Source: an uncultured Acidobacteriota bacterium (GTDB lineage: Bacteria; Acidobacteriota; UBA6911). Taken from it: a DNA stretch of 64,000 nt. The translations under genes and the position numbers were made by a program. Shown in pieces: positions 1 to 7,639 of the stretch. The stretch's first letter is position 1, and every line of letters starts with the position of its first letter. The stretch is taken from contig CAWJKZ010000017.1 in the NCBI GenBank assembly GCA_963843575.1, positions 128,001-192,000 of the forward strand, given 5' to 3'. The notes below the pieces were generated by a model. It did not search any database. It had not been told where the DNA came from and saw nothing but the letters and a program-made list of their open reading frames with translations.

Positions 1-2018
1 TCGTGGAGCAGGAGCTCGCCGTAGGCGTAGAACGTGGCGGCGAACGTCCCCGCGCCGGGGACGCGGGCGTCGTAGTCGCAGCGTTCCCACGGGCTGACGG
101 ACGTGTGGACGTCCGTGTAGGCGGCATCGGAGCCGAACTTCCGCACGATGGCGGGCGCGAGCTTGCGGTCCATCTCGACGGCGAAGAGCGCCTTGGGCGA
201 ATAGCACCTGGCCCAGGCGCGGATCAGCTCTCCCCGGGAGTCCCGCATCACCATGTCGGGGTCCCAGTACTCGTTGACCGGGGCGAAATCGCAGTAGTTG
301 GTGTAGAGCCCCGAACGCCACCCGAGCGCCCGCTGCGCCGCGACATAGTCGCGCAGCGCCTCGTCGCCACCCCTCTGCGGCGCCGCAGCCGTGCGGAACG
401 TGAAGCTTTCGCCCGAATCGCGCCAGGTGATCTCGTGGTTGCACTGGGTGAGCCGTTCGATGCCGTAGGCGCGCAGCCTGACCGAGCGTTCGCGTTCTTT
501 CCCGTAGTCCTGCGGGCCCCACGTTTCCTGCCAGAGCCTCGTCCCCGCCTCCTTGCCGCGCCGGGCGGGCGGGTTCGGGATTGTTGGGAGCGTCTCCTCG
601 AAGACGGGCGAGAAGGTCACGAAGGTGCGCTCGAAAAGCTCGTTGCGGCTCCCGTCGGTCTTCGGCAGGTAGCGCACCCCGCCGTTGAGCAGGACCGATC
701 CCCCCTCGATCTTGTCGACTGCATAAGGTTCCGACGCGTTGGAGCGGTACCAGTCCATCCAGATGCCGGCGAAGAACGGCACCTTTCCGGTCGACATCAG
801 GACGTTCAGGTGGTGTCCGCCATAGTTCAGGTACGGCAGGAGGATCAGTTCGGGGCCGTCGACGTCCCGGATCGAGCCGTAGGCTAGCTCCTGCGCCCCC
901 TCGGGACAGAACGTGTCGAGCACCAGGGACTTCTGCCAGAGGCGCGCCGCCATTTCGACCCGCCGCTCGGCCCCGGCCACCCTGACCTTCCAGGCGCCGT
1001 GCACGACGCCCCCTTCTTCCCTGAACTCAAGCGGCTCGACGCCTTCGATGGCTGACCCGAAACGCGGCCCAGCGTCGACCCAGGCCGTCGCCACCTCTTT
1101 CCCGTGGAACCGGACCTTGATGTTCCTGAAGAACGCTTCGGGCCCGACCAGGTATTCGAGCTTCGCATCGGGCCCGGAGTAGCTCAGGGCGTACCGGTCG
1201 CCGGAACGGGCGACGCTCGTCTTGAAGCCGGCGACGAGGTTGCGCGGGAGTATGGTTTCCGGGCGCGTCGGGAAGGGGAGCCGCCCGGGTCCTGTGTTGG
1301 CGCCGGCGCTCTGACCCGGGAAGGGATCCACGCCGCGCTGCGGACGCGCCTGAAACGAGATGGGCCGGAGCTGCTCCTCGAAAAAAACCAGGTCTTCGAA
1401 GAAGAGCTCGCGAGGCTCCCGGTTCGCACACCCCTTGATCAGCAGCCCGGTAAAACTCACCGGTTTCTTTTCGAATAACCCCGCCGGGAGCAACCGGTGG
1501 ATGAGCCACCACTCTTTCCAGCGCACCTTCTCCAGCGGGAGCACGTGCAACTGCCCCGCCCCGTCGCTCAGCAGCAGCTCGAGCTCGACCCGTGGAGTCG
1601 CCGGGTCGTTTTCCCATTGCCAGTTGTTGCCATAGACCCAGAGCGTCACGGCGGAGCTGGGCTCCGGCACGGCAATCGGGCGAGGGGGAAGGATGCGGAC
1701 CTCACTCTCCACGGACGTGCCGCTATAGACCAGCCGTGCGACGCGCGAGTCCCAGACCCGCTCGCGCTGCGACTCGAGGAGGTCCGCTTCGGCACCGTTG
1801 CGCGCCTCCACAGACCACCCCTCCAGCGTGTCGAAACCGACCAGCGGCGGGTTCGGCCGCGTACGCCCCGCTCGCACGATCTCGTACGGACGTTGCCCCG
1901 CTGCCTCGCCCGAGGGGAGCGGCTGCGCTGGCTTTTGCACCACCGTCTGACCGCTCAGCAGGTATGCACCGATTGTGAGGACAAGCACGATCGCACTGCA
2001 GGCACCTGTTCGACTCAT
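1..2018 (-). CDS. Large exported hypothetical protein, possible glycoside-hydrolase-like TIM-barrel domain; 3' end outside window
   Basis: Absent from the ORF track because there is no stop in the window. Hand translation from ATG 2018 (GGAGG upstream) gives MSRTGACSAIVLVLTIGAYLLSGQ (signal-like), open for 672 codons, with LWVYGNNW, GWRSGLYTNYCDF and AAYTDVHTSVSPW. The GH-like call is inference. Confidence 0.8.
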   Translation of the reverse strand, partial: MSRTGACSAIVLVLTIGAYLLSGQTVVQKPAQPLPSGEAAGQRPYEIVRAGRTRPNPPLVGFDTLEGWSVEARNGAEADLLESQRERVWDSRVARLVYSGTSVESEVRILPPRPIAVPEPSSAVTLWVYGNNWQWENDPATPRVELELLLSDGAGQLHVLPLEKVRWKEWWLIHRLLPAGLFEKKPVSFTGLLIKGCANREPRELFFEDLVFFEEQLRPISFQARPQRGVDPFPGQSAGANTGPGRLPFPTRPETILPRNLVAGFKTSVARSGDRYALSYSGPDAKLEYLVGPEAFFRNIKVRFHGKEVATAWVDAGPRFGSAIEGVEPLEFREEGGVVHGAWKVRVAGAERRVEMAARLWQKSLVLDTFCPEGAQELAYGSIRDVDGPELILLPYLNYGGHHLNVLMSTGKVPFFAGIWMDWYRSNASEPYAVDKIEGGSVLLNGGVRYLPKTDGSRNELFERTFVTFSPVFEETLPTIPNPPARRGKEAGTRLWQETWGPQDYGKERERSVRLRAYGIERLTQCNHEITWRDSGESFTFRTAAAPQRGGDEALRDYVAAQRALGWRSGLYTNYCDFAPVNEYWDPDMVMRDSRGELIRAWARCYSPKALFAVEMDRKLAPAIVRKFGSDAAYTDVHTSVSPWERCDYDARVPGAGTFAATFYAYGELLLH

Positions 2019-2465
2019 GGGGCCCTCCGGGTCCGGGGCGGTTTGTCTTCGAAGACCTTGACGGCGACGAGGGCCAGGATTTCGTCCACGTCGAAGGCCG
2101 TCCGGACGGCAAGCCGCACGGAGCGTCCCTCGACGTAGGGCCGGGCTGCTTCGATGGCGGGAATCGTGGCGAGTCGGAGCGCGGCAGCGCGCGCCCGTTG
2201 CACGGAGTTGTCCCCGATGCCGACCGCGGCCGTAGAAGGAGCCTTCTCCCGGCAGCAGGTAGACGAGCCTGCGCTTCTTCTGCTTCAGCCGGAGATTCCA
2301 ACAAGCTTTTGCACTGTAGCGTTTCCACTCGGCGGGGGCGGGCGGATAGCCGGCTGCCACGGAGCGGCAGAGTGCACTCCAGAGTTCGCCGGCGCCGCCC
2401 AGCGTGCACATGAGCCGGGCGGCATCCGGCGGGTTCTTCTCGTCGGAAAACACAGGCGAGGCCAT
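2015..2465 (-). CDS. DUF3788-like protein with an apparent 1-nt insertion near 2232
   Basis: MASPVFSDEKNPP...EWKRYSAKACWNLRLKQKKRRLVYLLPGEGSF joins after one extra base to AAVGIGDNSVQRA...AIEAARPYVEGRSVRLAV...LVAVK. Span is 451 nt (3n+1). Its stop overlaps the next ATG (ATGA). Confidence 0.65.
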
Positions 2466-2550
2466 AGGGGGATGGACCTCCGGTACGATTGCCGCGAGTT
2501 CAGCCGGCGTGGCGCCGGACCACCCTATCCGCGGTGGCGCGTCGGCAGGA

Positions 2551-2952
2551 TCAGCCGCGGCCCAGCGCCGCCGCAACCCGCTCCAGCTTTGCACGCGCTT
2601 CTCGGGCGACGTCCTGGAGACCGGGCTTTTCGACGACCGCGAGCATGCTCAACGGGTCCACGATCGACACTTCCGAGACGCCCGGGTCCACCTGCCGGAC
2701 CACGACGTTGCAGGGGAGCAGCAGGCCGACTTCGGGCGCAACCGTCAGCGCACGGTGCGCCAGCGGCGCGTTGCAGGCGCCGAGGATCCGATAGGGGCCG
2801 AACTCCACCCCCAGTTTCTTCTTCATCGTCTGGGCCACGTCGATTTCCGTGAGGACGCCGAATCCCTCCGCCTGGAGAGCCTCGGTGGCCTTCCGGACCG
2901 CGGTTTCGTAGTCGGCGTTCAGCCGCACCGTCAATCCAAGTTTCGTATCCAC
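2551..2952 (-). CDS. DUF302 domain protein
   Basis: EGFGVLTEIDV, YRILGACNAPLA and GLLLPCNVVV motifs; GTG start at 2952 after GAGG. Confidence 0.9.
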   Translation of the reverse strand: MDTKLGLTVRLNADYETAVRKATEALQAEGFGVLTEIDVAQTMKKKLGVEFGPYRILGACNAPLAHRALTVAPEVGLLLPCNVVVRQVDPGVSEVSIVDPLSMLAVVEKPGLQDVAREARAKLERVAAALGRG

Positions 2953-3001
2953 AGGAGCCTCGCTGGACAGCCTAGCAGGGGCAGTTTGGTGGTGCAATCC
3001 A

Positions 3002-4297
3002 TCAGGAAAAACGGGTGCGCTTCCACAGGGCCCACCCGCAGTACAAGAGGAAGCCGAGGGTCGCGACCAGGAGCACGATCGTCCAGAACCAGTTCATGGG
3101 CAGCGACTGCGCCTCCGCTCCATACGCCAGCCAGACGAACACCGCCAGCGCCGCGGCGAACACCGCCATCTCCCACCAGGAACGCGAGCGCTTCTCCTGG
3201 CCGAGCGGATCCTCCCCGGCCACCGCCGCTTCCACTCGCTTCTCATCGAGCCTATAGCGCCGGCATTCACGGAGCAGCGCCGCGCGCCACGACGCCTGCT
3301 CGGAGGCGGGGGCCTCGGCCCGGCTGATCGCGATCGCGCCGGCGATCATGACGGCGGACCCGCCGACGATCAGCCCCTGGTGCACTCCCCCCGTCCCCGC
3401 CAGTTCGCCAAACACCAGGGCGCCCCAGGCGAGTCCCCACAGCTGGTTGGTGTTCGACAGCGGGATGCCGCGGCCGATTCCGATGTACTTGGCCGCGTAC
3501 TGCTGGAACAGGTCGCCCACCACCCAGCAGAACCCCCCCAGGAACAGCCAGAAGAGCGCCGGCCGGATCTGCGTGATCGCCTGCACGAACGGCGACCACC
3601 CGCCCAGGAAAGACAGGGCAAGGATCCCCATCGTGAGCAACTCGCCGACGGTGAAGATAGTGACGAAAGACAGCGGGTTGGCCCCGCTGATGTACGCCTT
3701 GCGGTAAGGGATGTACATCGTCCCCCAGAGGAGGCCCGCGCCGAGCGCGGCCGCGATCCCCGCACCCGAACGGACCGCCGCGCCGGCCGGCGCGTGGGAG
3801 GACGCCAGACCGATGATGCACGCGCCGCAGACGATGGCGGCGGCGCCGCCCAGCACCTTGACCCACTGCTCCTTCCCCGCGCCGCGCAACTCGTTGAACA
3901 GCAGCCAGCCCCAGAAGAGGCCGACCAGGCTGTTGACGTTCCACAGCGGGAACGCCACCGAAATCCCCACGTCGCGGATCGCGAAGATCGTGAGCGTGTT
4001 CGCCACCGCCCACAGCGCTCCGGCCAGGATCGCCCAAACGACAAGGTGGGGCTTCTCCTTCAGGTCCCAGAACACGTAGGAACTTCCCTTCAACGCCATC
4101 GGCAGCGTCCAGCGCGCGACGAACACCCCCGTGACCATCCCGAGCGACACCAGGAACGGCGAGAAACCCAGGGTAACCAGTTTCGTGGGCGCTTCAGCAG
4201 CACCGAGCCACGCGCCCGCTGCGAGGCCGCACAGCACGCCGAGGACGTGGAGGGAACGGGTCTGCTTTTCAGGGACGGGTTTTGGTTTTGCGGACAA
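3002..4297 (-). CDS. GRP/DMT-family (GlcU/RhaT-like) sugar transporter
   Basis: About 12 hydrophobic segments in two repeats (GISVAFPLWNVNSLVGLFWG / GIGRGIPLSNTNQLWGLAWG); TTG start with GGAGG. Confidence 0.8.
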   Translation of the reverse strand: MSAKPKPVPEKQTRSLHVLGVLCGLAAGAWLGAAEAPTKLVTLGFSPFLVSLGMVTGVFVARWTLPMALKGSSYVFWDLKEKPHLVVWAILAGALWAVANTLTIFAIRDVGISVAFPLWNVNSLVGLFWGWLLFNELRGAGKEQWVKVLGGAAAIVCGACIIGLASSHAPAGAAVRSGAGIAAALGAGLLWGTMYIPYRKAYISGANPLSFVTIFTVGELLTMGILALSFLGGWSPFVQAITQIRPALFWLFLGGFCWVVGDLFQQYAAKYIGIGRGIPLSNTNQLWGLAWGALVFGELAGTGGVHQGLIVGGSAVMIAGAIAISRAEAPASEQASWRAALLRECRRYRLDEKRVEAAVAGEDPLGQEKRSRSWWEMAVFAAALAVFVWLAYGAEAQSLPMNWFWTIVLLVATLGFLLYCGWALWKRTRFS

Positions 4298-4324
4298 GCA
4301 GGCCTCCTTTTCGGCTGGGCCACT

Positions 4325-4423
4325 TCAGTGCAGCAGGATGAGGAGCGTGAAGCCCACGATCAGCACGATCGCGGGGATCCAGAAATGACTGTCGGTGAGG
4401 ACCCGGTGCAAGAGTGAGGGCAT
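4325..4423 (-). CDS. 32-aa single-pass membrane protein
   Basis: MPSLLHRVLTDSHFWIPAIVLIVGFTLLILLH; GGAGG RBS just upstream; ends 27 nt before the transporter start. Confidence 0.6.
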   Translation of the reverse strand: MPSLLHRVLTDSHFWIPAIVLIVGFTLLILLH

Positions 4424-4512
4424 GGTGCCTCCGCAGGCGATGTCGCCGCCGAGGATACCAGATTCGCCCCTCGCTCGCGACATTGGAGTGGGCCGCGGCG
4501 GCCCGCCGCGGC

Positions 4513-4559
4513 CGGGAGCCGTCAGCAAAATGTGAAATTATTCTTGCGCGAGCCCTTAG
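4513..4559. repeat. 47-bp copy of the right end of the MITE-like element at 22960-23199
   Basis: CGGGAGCCGTCAGCAAAATGTGAAATTATTCTTGCGCGAGCCCTTAG is identical to 23157-23203. Confidence 0.9.
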
Positions 4560-4765
4560 TACCGATGTTCACAAATACGCCAACGTGTTTTTCAGGACGC
4601 GGATGCGCGCGGACCCCCACGGATCAACCTGGCGGCAGGCCGCGTCCGATCCGCGTGAATCCGTTGGATCCGCGGAATCTGCGTTCTGTTTTGGCTCTTG
4701 TCTTTCATCGCCCGTGTTGTTCTGCGTCCTGAAAAATACGTCAGCGTACTTATGAGACTGTGTAC
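4559..4765. mobile_element. 207-bp MITE, copy 1
   Basis: Imperfect terminal inverted repeats of about 45 bp (GTACCGATGTTCACAAATACG.../...CGTACTTATGAGACTGTGTAC), flanked by TTA at 4556-4558 and 4766-4768. A same-length homologous copy lies at 56941-57147. Confidence 0.85.
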
Positions 4766-5482
4766 TTAGTTCGCCCGCCGCCCGCCGTTGCTGCCAGACA
4801 TGAACGAGAGGATCCGGGGCGTGTCGGTCAGGTCGGGGACGAGGAGGTCCGGCGCGTGGGCGGCAAGTTCCGCCAGCGTGTAGCGGGCGCTCGCGACCGC
4901 GATCACCGAGGCGCCGGCGGCCCGGCCGTGGATGACGTCGAGCGGCGTGTCCCCGATGACGACCGCTGAATCCACGGTTGTCGGGGCGACAGCTCGCGCA
5001 CCCCGCTCCATCCCCGTCCGGATCAGAGCCGTGCGGTCGTCGGAATCGGAACCGTACCCCCCGAAGCCGAAGTAGTGGTCGAGCCCGGCGCGCGACAGCT
5101 TGATCCGCGCCCCGGCCTCTAGGTTTCCCGTGACCAGTCCGAGCGCGAAATCGGGCCGGGCCGCAAGCGCGTCCAGCAAGCCGGCGACGCCGGGCAGCAC
5201 GCGGATGTGACCGCTTCTCTGCGCCAGGGTCATCTCCTGGTCCAGGCAGGACAGGTAGGACGCGAACAGGTCTTCCCTCGACTGATCGGTCCATCGGCCC
5301 TCCTGGCCGAAGTGGCGCAGCAACTCCCGGGCGATGACCGGGTCGGTCTTGCCGTCGGGGCGGATGACCTCGTTCTCGACGGTGACGGCAAACACCTCGT
5401 GCAGCGCACGGTAGAAGGCGCGCATGCCCGCGCCGCCCGTGAGCACGAGTGTCCCATCGATGTCGAAGAGTGCTAGTCGCAT
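4766..5482 (-). CDS. HAD-family hydrolase (phosphoglycolate-phosphatase-like)
   Basis: LFDIDGTL, LVTGN and IGDTPLD HAD motifs. Confidence 0.9.
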   Translation of the reverse strand: MRLALFDIDGTLVLTGGAGMRAFYRALHEVFAVTVENEVIRPDGKTDPVIARELLRHFGQEGRWTDQSREDLFASYLSCLDQEMTLAQRSGHIRVLPGVAGLLDALAARPDFALGLVTGNLEAGARIKLSRAGLDHYFGFGGYGSDSDDRTALIRTGMERGARAVAPTTVDSAVVIGDTPLDVIHGRAAGASVIAVASARYTLAELAAHAPDLLVPDLTDTPRILSFMSGSNGGRRAN

Positions 5483-5568
5483 AGGTGCGCAGTATGTCAG
5501 AAGCCGCCCCGCGAGCCAAGGGTGCGCTCCCCGGGGATTGCCGCCCCCGGAAATGCGCTAACATTCGA

Positions 5569-5653
5569 GGACGCAGATCTGCGCGGATACACGCAGATAC
5601 TGACTTGGTGCCAGGCCGCGTGGATCCGTGAAATCCGTGGAAATCCGCGTTCT
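5569..5653. repeat. Hairpin with about 9-nt periodicity in a divergent intergenic region
   Basis: GGACGCAGATCTGCGCGGATACACGCAGAT...ATCCGTGAAATCCGTGGAAATCCGCGTTCT; related to the core of the 207-bp MITE and to 17797-17822. Confidence 0.65.
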
Positions 5654-5725
5654 GTTGTGTTAAGCGGTGCAACAGCCCCATCTGGCGGCCGGGTATTCGC
5701 ACAACATTACCTGGCGGCAACGGCC

Positions 5726-6406
5726 ATGAGCTTCGCCCCTTTCGGACTCGACCACGTCGTCGCGCTGCTGGCGATCGCGTCGCTCGCCTGTGTCGTCTGG
5801 CACGCCGGCCGCAACGACCGCCAGGCACGGCTGATCGCCTGGGCACTTGCCCTGGTGCTGGCGTCCTACGCCGGCGTGGCTTACGTCCAGAAGGGAGTGG
5901 CGGGCGAGTTGAGCTGGGAGTATTCGCTCCCGCTGGAGCTCTGCCATTGGGTCATGATCGCCTGCCTGGTCTCGCTGCTGCATCCATCGCGCACGGCCGG
6001 TGAGATGGCCTATTTCTGGGGATTCGGCGGGACCGTTCAGGCCCTCGTCACGCCCGATCTCGGCTACGGCTTCCCCAGCTGGGACTTCATCCAGTTCTTC
6101 TGGAGCCACGGCGCGGTCGTGCTGGCGATAGTTTTCATCCTCTCCAGGCGAAGCTTCCGGCCGGGTCCCGGAAGCGTGACGCGCGCCATCCTGGGATTGA
6201 ACGTCTACGCCGCGGTGGCCGGGTTGCTGGATTTCGTCTTCGGCTGGAACTACGGCTATCTCCGCAGCAAACCCCTGCAGCCTTCACTCCTGGATTATCT
6301 CGGCCAGTGGCCGTGGTACCTCGTCTCGCTCGAAGTGTTGGCGCTTGTGCTTTTCTGGCTGCTCTATCTCCCATGGGCGCAGGCGGCCCACAGCCGCCGA
6401 TCCTGA
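5726..6406 (+). CDS. YwaF/TIGR02206-family integral membrane protein
   Basis: LPLELC, YFWGFGG, ALVTPDL, FFWSHG and NYGYL motifs; ATG 5726 taken as the start. Confidence 0.85.
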   Translation: MSFAPFGLDHVVALLAIASLACVVWHAGRNDRQARLIAWALALVLASYAGVAYVQKGVAGELSWEYSLPLELCHWVMIACLVSLLHPSRTAGEMAYFWGFGGTVQALVTPDLGYGFPSWDFIQFFWSHGAVVLAIVFILSRRSFRPGPGSVTRAILGLNVYAAVAGLLDFVFGWNYGYLRSKPLQPSLLDYLGQWPWYLVSLEVLALVLFWLLYLPWAQAAHSRRS

Positions 6407-6492
6407 CTTCCCGCCGTGTCAATGGCGGCGGGAGCGCACCACCCAGGCGGCGCTCCCGGGCACCTCTTGTACCCGGGAGCGTATTCGCCCGA

Positions 6493-6834
6493 CTAACGGT
6501 CGGATTTCTGGATCTCGATCCTCTGGGCGTGCTTCTTGTTGTCGGATTCCGTGTACTGTACCGAAACCCGGGTCCCCGTCTCGCTGGCGAGGCCCTGAAC
6601 GGTTGTCTGGCTTCCCTGCACCTCCGTATTCGTGTCGTAGTGGAACTGAACCTCCTCGCCGTTTTCCTGCTTGATCGTGAACACCTGATTGTCGGCATCC
6701 ACTTTCACGAGCTGTCCCTGAACCGTCTTGGTGTCCGTCGACATCTGGGCCGACTGCGCTCCTGCCGCAACGGCGGAGAGAGCGGCGATCAACGTAAGTG
6801 CCAGCACCACGACGCTTGTACGCAAATGTCTCAT
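6493..6834 (-). CDS. Small exported beta-rich protein (DUF5666/OB-fold-like)
   Basis: Signal peptide MRHLRTSVVVLALTLIAALSAVAAGA; GQLVKVD...FHYDTNTEV...GTRVSVQY pattern; AAGGAG RBS. Confidence 0.8.
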   Translation of the reverse strand: MRHLRTSVVVLALTLIAALSAVAAGAQSAQMSTDTKTVQGQLVKVDADNQVFTIKQENGEEVQFHYDTNTEVQGSQTTVQGLASETGTRVSVQYTESDNKKHAQRIEIQKSDR

Positions 6835-6913
6835 ATCTGAACTCCTTTCCAAGGTGTGGACAGTCCACACCAACCCCGAGCAGAGGACGCAACGGGGATT
6901 GGCTTATTAGCAA

Positions 6914-6930
6914 TGCAAATTGAGCTCCAG
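6914..6930 (-). promoter_or_regulatory. Putative sigma-54 promoter for 6493-6834
   Basis: Minus strand reads CTGGAGCTCAATTTGCA, a GG-N10-GC with the TTGCA -12 element, about 80 nt upstream of the ATG. Confidence 0.4.
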
Positions 6931-6997
6931 GAACGGATTTCGCAGAACCTGCAGTTTTCACAGAAATCGCAGTATTGATGTTTTCGATTGTCTTCGC

Positions 6998-7006
6998 TGA
7001 TATAAT
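6998..7006 (+). promoter_or_regulatory. Extended -10 promoter for the gene at 7045
   Basis: TGATATAAT is a perfect TGnTATAAT, 38 nt before the ATG in an AT-rich stretch. Confidence 0.55.
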
Positions 7007-7044
7007 CGGGGCGCCGACAACGCGCAGTACGTGGTTGCCCATAC

Positions 7045-7572
7045 ATGAAGTCCGTGTGCATTTCTGCCTTAAACCGTGTTTGCCTCGCTGTACTTCTCGC
7101 AGCAGCGCTCCCTTTAAAGGCCCAATCCGCGGCCCGCGACGAGGTTCGCACCCGGGCCGAGCATGAAATCTGCGCGATAATCCAGCGTCTGAGCGGGCCC
7201 CTCGGCATCGAGCAGCAGGTTACGATCTCGATCGGGAACGGGAATTCGCGGCTCGTCTCGGTGGAGCAGGTTTCAGCGAAGCCGGTGGTGTTCCGCATCT
7301 CGTTCGAGGAAGAATTCCTCTACACCCTGGATGCGAACGCCCTGAGTGCGGCCATAGCACACGAGTTGGGCCACATCTGGATATTCACACACTTCCCCTA
7401 TCTGCATACGGAGTCGCTGGCCAATCAGCATGCGCTGAAGGTCGTCTCGCGCGAGGATCTCGACGGCTTGTACGAGAAAGTGCGCAGGTGGAAGCGGGAG
7501 AATCTGGAACGCCCCAGTACGGTGCCCGCCCTATCGACACCTGCAGCTCTGGATGGCAACACGCCGCGGTGA
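7045..7572 (+). CDS. Small exported zinc metallopeptidase-like protein (M48-like)
   Basis: Signal peptide; AAIAHELGH zincin motif. Confidence 0.75.
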   Translation: MKSVCISALNRVCLAVLLAAALPLKAQSAARDEVRTRAEHEICAIIQRLSGPLGIEQQVTISIGNGNSRLVSVEQVSAKPVVFRISFEEEFLYTLDANALSAAIAHELGHIWIFTHFPYLHTESLANQHALKVVSREDLDGLYEKVRRWKRENLERPSTVPALSTPAALDGNTPR

Positions 7573-7639
7573 AAGACGTCGGACAGCCTCTTTAGCCCCG
7601 GTCTCCCTGGGGGGCACAGAGGCGAATTGTGTTTTCCTG

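Noticed and set aside
1-2465. One continuous frame from ATG 2465 to the window edge, suggesting a DUF3788::hydrolase fusion
   Set aside because: It is created by the extra base near 2232. The DUF3788 C-terminus is in another frame and ends in an ATGA overlap with the next gene, which has its own RBS and signal peptide.
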